A stretch of DNA of 61,518 nt, counting the filler, from Nemertoderma westbladi (taxonomy: Eukaryota > Animalia > Xenacoelomorpha): the NCBI GenBank assembly GCA_032718475.1. It is 3 parts of 3 records of this genome, joined end to end, with 100 filler letters (N's around TTAATTAATTAA, not from the genome) between each part and the next. Parts side by side here need not be neighbours in the genome. Positions count along the whole stretch, not along the records: positions 53,206 to 61,518 come from JAUCBJ010003434.1; 2 more parts are not named here. One strand, given 5' to 3'. The notes beneath the pieces are model-generated. The model saw only the letters and a program-made list of their open reading frames with translations. It was not told the DNA's origin and made no database searches. Of this stretch, positions 57,253 through 61,518 are shown piece after piece. Both the position numbers and the translations under genes were made by a program. Each line of letters opens with the position of its first letter. Within the stretch, counting starts at the first letter, position 1.

Positions 57253-59286
57253 ATGACGAGTAACGCAATGGGAGCGGAGAGCAGTAGTTTCTCTGAGCTG
57301 TGTAACAACGAACTACTTCGTAGGTTCGCCGGAGGCGACCCAATATCACGACACGACCCTTTCTGGAACCAACTTCTATCATTCTCATTCCAAATTCCCA
57401 CCAACATTCAGGATTCCAAATTAATGGAGGAATCAATAGAACCAATTCTGAAGAGCCTCCTAAATAATAACATTGAAACAGGAAACTTCGGCGCCTTAAT
57501 AACAATCTTACTGCCTCGAATCGACGAAATAAAAGTTGCCATTCAAACAGAAAACCACGTTTTCATCCTCCAAACTTTCAACGCAATCTTTATAATCCGA
57601 ATGTGCCTGAAGTATTTCGCCCAAACACTTCCGGAAGATGCCTTTTTGAAACAATTTTCCGCCATCCCAATCCTACAAAATAGTTTAGAATACGCTAGTT
57701 TAGTGGGTGAAAGAGTCCTCCTTGATTCGCGCTTAATTCACGCTTTTTTCCAGATTCTCATTGATACCCCGGTTACTCCCGTGTCGTACGCGCTCCTCTG
57801 GGAGACAATAAACGCAACGATATCTCTACTCTCTATAAAATTATACGACGATCGCTCACCGCTATCAAGCGTTCTGTTTCAAACCGTTATGTCCGGAAAG
57901 TGCGCTCATCAGGCTGCCGCTCTGATTAAGACGCTTTTAGGTCATCTCATTGCTAGGCAACCAGCCCCGGCTTCATTCACAGGGTCTAAGACAACCTCAC
58001 ACGGTCTCATCTACGGTATAACATCAGCAATCGCGTCTGGCGTCTGGAAGATACTAACCTTCCCTCTTTACGTCGTAAGAAAACCAGTAGAATTAGAAGT
58101 AGAACAAGATACATGTTTCCTAGCGAATCAAAGTTTACTTTTACTATTGATTCTAGTGAACCATTGCACTAACGACCGAACCAACATTAATCCCTACCTT
58201 CAGTCCCTCTGCACCTTCACAAACAATAGCAGCTCAGAAACTCCCGACCACAAAGAGTTTACCTTAGATTTCTCTCAGTTATATTCGGTTGTTTGCGAAC
58301 AAATTAACGATAATCAAATATCTTTATTTCTTTATTTGATTCTTCATAAAAACGCGAATGTTAAGGCTTATATTCTTTCTAGAACCGATATAGATTTACT
58401 CTTGATCCCCATTCTAAAAATCTTATACAACGCGGAAGATAATAACATTCATCACGTTTATATATCGTTGATAAACATATTAATTCTAAGTGAAGATGAT
58501 TCATTTAATGAGGCGATTCACGAGATTGTGGTAACGGATTTACTTTGGTATTCAGATCGCGTTCTCAGTAAGTTATCGTTAGGCGGGCTGGTCGTTGCAA
58601 TTCTACTCCGCACTATACATTGCAATATAACACGCACTCGCGATAAATACCTGCACACTAACTGCCTCGCCGCGCTCGCCAACATGTCCGCCCACTTCCG
58701 CCAACTCCACCCCTACGTCAGCCACAAACTCGTCAACCTCCTTCAGTTCCTCGCAAAGAAACACAACCGAATCCTCACCTTGGCTTCTTCTTCTCCTTCT
58801 CTTACAGAAACTGATTCGGTTTCCGTCGCGATGGACACCAACAACGGGTTAGACATTATCGAAGACGTCATCCGAATGGTCTTAGAGATCGTCAACTCTA
58901 TCCTTAGCAACGCGCTGCAGTACAACCCCAACGTCGTCTACTCCCTCCTGTACCACCGCGAGTTGTTCGAGCAGTTCCGCAACCACCCAGGATTCGCCGA
59001 TATCGTAAGCAACGTCGACAAAGTCCTAGACTATTTCACCCGTCTGTTGGAGCTGGAGGATTCGGCGCCGTCCGTGGACAGCGTCCTCGCTGTCATAGAG
59101 ACGGGAGTGCAACGCATGCCGAGGGATCGAATTAAACGATTCCCGGATCTCCGTTTCCGTTACATCGAGGAGGAATCTCCGGAGGAGTTCTTTATTCCGT
59201 ATCTCTGGTCGCTGGTTTATAAGTCGTCTGGTTTGTATTGGAATCACGAGTTAATAACGTTGTTTCCCTTGATAAATAACGTTTAA
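57253..59286 (+). CDS. DYM: Dymeclin, uninterrupted CDS (likely start at the second ATG, 57268, MGAESS)
   Basis: DPFWNQLLSFSF, TGNFGAL, LANQSLLLLLILVNH, ILSRTD, ILSEDDSFN, RTRDKYLHTNCLAALANMS, NPNVVYSLLY and FPDLRFRYIEEESPEEFFIPYLWSLV. Confidence 0.95.
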   Translation: MTSNAMGAESSSFSELCNNELLRRFAGGDPISRHDPFWNQLLSFSFQIPTNIQDSKLMEESIEPILKSLLNNNIETGNFGALITILLPRIDEIKVAIQTENHVFILQTFNAIFIIRMCLKYFAQTLPEDAFLKQFSAIPILQNSLEYASLVGERVLLDSRLIHAFFQILIDTPVTPVSYALLWETINATISLLSIKLYDDRSPLSSVLFQTVMSGKCAHQAAALIKTLLGHLIARQPAPASFTGSKTTSHGLIYGITSAIASGVWKILTFPLYVVRKPVELEVEQDTCFLANQSLLLLLILVNHCTNDRTNINPYLQSLCTFTNNSSSETPDHKEFTLDFSQLYSVVCEQINDNQISLFLYLILHKNANVKAYILSRTDIDLLLIPILKILYNAEDNNIHHVYISLINILILSEDDSFNEAIHEIVVTDLLWYSDRVLSKLSLGGLVVAILLRTIHCNITRTRDKYLHTNCLAALANMSAHFRQLHPYVSHKLVNLLQFLAKKHNRILTLASSSPSLTETDSVSVAMDTNNGLDIIEDVIRMVLEIVNSILSNALQYNPNVVYSLLYHRELFEQFRNHPGFADIVSNVDKVLDYFTRLLELEDSAPSVDSVLAVIETGVQRMPRDRIKRFPDLRFRYIEEESPEEFFIPYLWSLVYKSSGLYWNHELITLFPLINNV

Positions 59287-61007
59287 AAGGAAATATCGAT
59301 TTCTATTTATAATAATATTATTATAACATAAACTCTAAACCCCGTGGGGAGCGGAGATTAGGGGGTCCCATCGTTGCGGTATATCTTGAGGTGTTGGTTA
59401 AATCATTAATATTTAATGTGTTTTACTATAATAATATCTGTCTTCATTTCCTGCTAATTTCTAATAAATTATTATCCTTATTTTATTAATTATTTGATGC
59501 AGATTTACTGGTGTAGAAGTTCAGTTCTGTTGTGACGTGAAAGTATTTATTTATATTAATTATATAATTAATTAACTAATAACGTATTACTTGCTTTGTT
59601 AAAGAGAAGGGCATATGCCCCCCCCCCCCCCCCCCCATCCCCCCTCCCACCATGTCTGCCTGGTAATACAGACCCCAACTTATATACTTATATTCTTGTA
59701 ACCCATTTGAAGACGAGCATTGTGCCATGTGCAGCGCATATTAAGAATAAGTGGATTGTAAAGTATCATTTTATAACACACTTAACTTGCTGTAGAGCAG
59801 TATAACTAAACTCGATTATGGCACCAACCCACAGTTAGAGTCCCATAAAGTTACAAATGGATTATATAGTTACTCACATATTATGGCCATAGTGTAGTTA
59901 TATTCACACACACACGCTGATGTTTTGAACTCAGATGAAAGGTGAATTAACTGCCACCAGTAGTTCTGGAATTAATTGGAACTACATGGATGGAGGGCTC
60001 ATACTAGAGGTTTTATATTTGAAATAATTAATACATTGTAGTATTTCTGATAATAGATTTCAGATATTGTATGCAAAAATTCTGCGTAAGAATATTAGAA
60101 TGTTATAACTTATATCAAATGTGACAATAATAATATATTTATTGCATTGTAAATAATGTAGGACATTATTTTCACAATACTCGTGATACTTTATTTACCG
60201 AGCGTAGCGAAGTTAATAAGTATAGTGAAAATATGTTCCACATTATTTAACATGCAATACGTAGTTTTATTTTTAAATGGAACATTATTTTCACGATCTT
60301 ATTTTAATATTAATGTAAGGCAAGTAAAGCATTATGGCAAATTGGTAAACACGAATTGTATAAATAAATAATGTTTATTCGATAACAGACTAATGTTCCT
60401 CTGTTAGGCTCGCCTCTCCATTAGATCACTAGTACCCCAAATTACATTGTGTTGAATTCAAAATAATTTTGCAATGAAATAATGTAAAAGCAGTGAAAAC
60501 TGAGGGAAAATTTAAAAAATAAACAAACACATCAATTCGAGTTATTTTGATTATTTAGGTAATCGTAATGTTGATCAGCGATATTAATTTAGACTATGAA
60601 ATAATGAAATAAATAGTATTTCTTATTGCATTTGTGCTGTATTTATTTGTAATATTTTAATTAATTTGTTTATTATTAGTATATATATCATCAGTAAATT
60701 CAATGTCCTATTCTTGTGGCTTACCAACTCTCTCCCGCCAGTTTTTCTTCAAAACTTTATGAGATTGTAAGAAACAGTTTCACCTCCCTCCTCCGTACAA
60801 CTGTACGTAGACACAGTGTATCACTTTACATTAGGTGACTCAGTATTTTTGCTTTCGCTTTCAATCGTTAACAAGTAGAAGCGTTTGTAATACGTGTTTA
60901 CGCCGATATTGTGCCAGTCCTACATACAGTTAGTAGCTAGTCCTGTGAGTCCCGTCACTGCAAACTGGATAATAAAGCAGCAAGCATTAATATAAATGGA
61001 AATAATA

Positions 61008-61037
61008 CACGAAGTGGGGCCTTCGCGCAGCACGTGA
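61008..61037 (-). mobile_element. 3' terminus of another HINE/DINE-like copy
   Basis: cacgaagtggggccttcgcgcagcacgtga is the reverse complement of 23211-23240. Confidence 0.75.
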
Positions 61038-61053
61038 CTTAAATTTAATTTAA

Positions 61054-61518
61054 CCCCTTCACTACTATGGCATAACAGTTAGGTCACACCTACTGTACTA
61101 TGGCCTAGGTGTTATGCCACGAAGTACTAGGAGCTCTATGGCCACCTGAACATGTCAGTCTGATAGCTGACACACCCATTACATGTTCAGTACTCTTCCT
61201 CATAACAAAATTAAGTGGTAATTTCAAATTTTAATTGGTTGTTTTGGTTTTTGGTAGGGCTGTAGAGCAGTAAGTATAATGGAATATAAAGGCCTGCTGG
61301 TACTGGTAATAAAATGTCTGTCAGTCTGTCTGTCAAAAAATAAGGAAGCATATTATGTAATAAAAACATTCGCCATGGGGGTTTTCCAGGTAGCTGATCT
61401 CATTTCTGATGTCAGTTTTTACGACTGACCAACTCTAGGCTGTCTGTGTCTGTATGTATGTCTGTATGTCTGTTTGTCTGTCAGTCAAAAAATATGGAAG
61501 CATATCATGTAATGAAAA
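61054..61518. mobile_element. Possible piggyBac-like MITE end
   Basis: TTAA|CCCCTTCACTAC terminus with internal (gtct)n-containing repeats. The other end is outside the window. Confidence 0.35.

Overview
Eukaryotic, most likely bilaterian invertebrate, AT-rich genomic DNA. It is made of three assembly pieces joined by two artificial 100-bp N/TTAATTAATTAA linkers. Two host genes are clear: a compact CHD7/kismet-family chromatin remodeller (two coding exons, 31355-33640 and 46725-49169, with one 13-kb transposon-filled intron) and a dymeclin gene with an uninterrupted CDS (57253/57268-59286). Most of the rest is nested transposons. A Sola1-type DNA transposon (7095-23662) has swallowed an RTE LINE, a Copia LTR element, a 36-bp minisatellite and a Helentron/DINE-like element whose ~146-bp satellite carries CTCF-like motifs. 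Also present are a foldback element containing a CRE-type retrotransposon with a Pro-rich insertion inside its RT, MULE-like elements, MITEs and LINE fragments. The most unusual signal is a ~349-bp retrozyme-like repeat (copies at ~4.5, ~6.5 and ~33.8 kb) in which a minimal type I hammerhead ribozyme sits between the A box and B box of a tRNA-like Pol III promoter. All calls come from reading the sequence by eye; no database searches were run.
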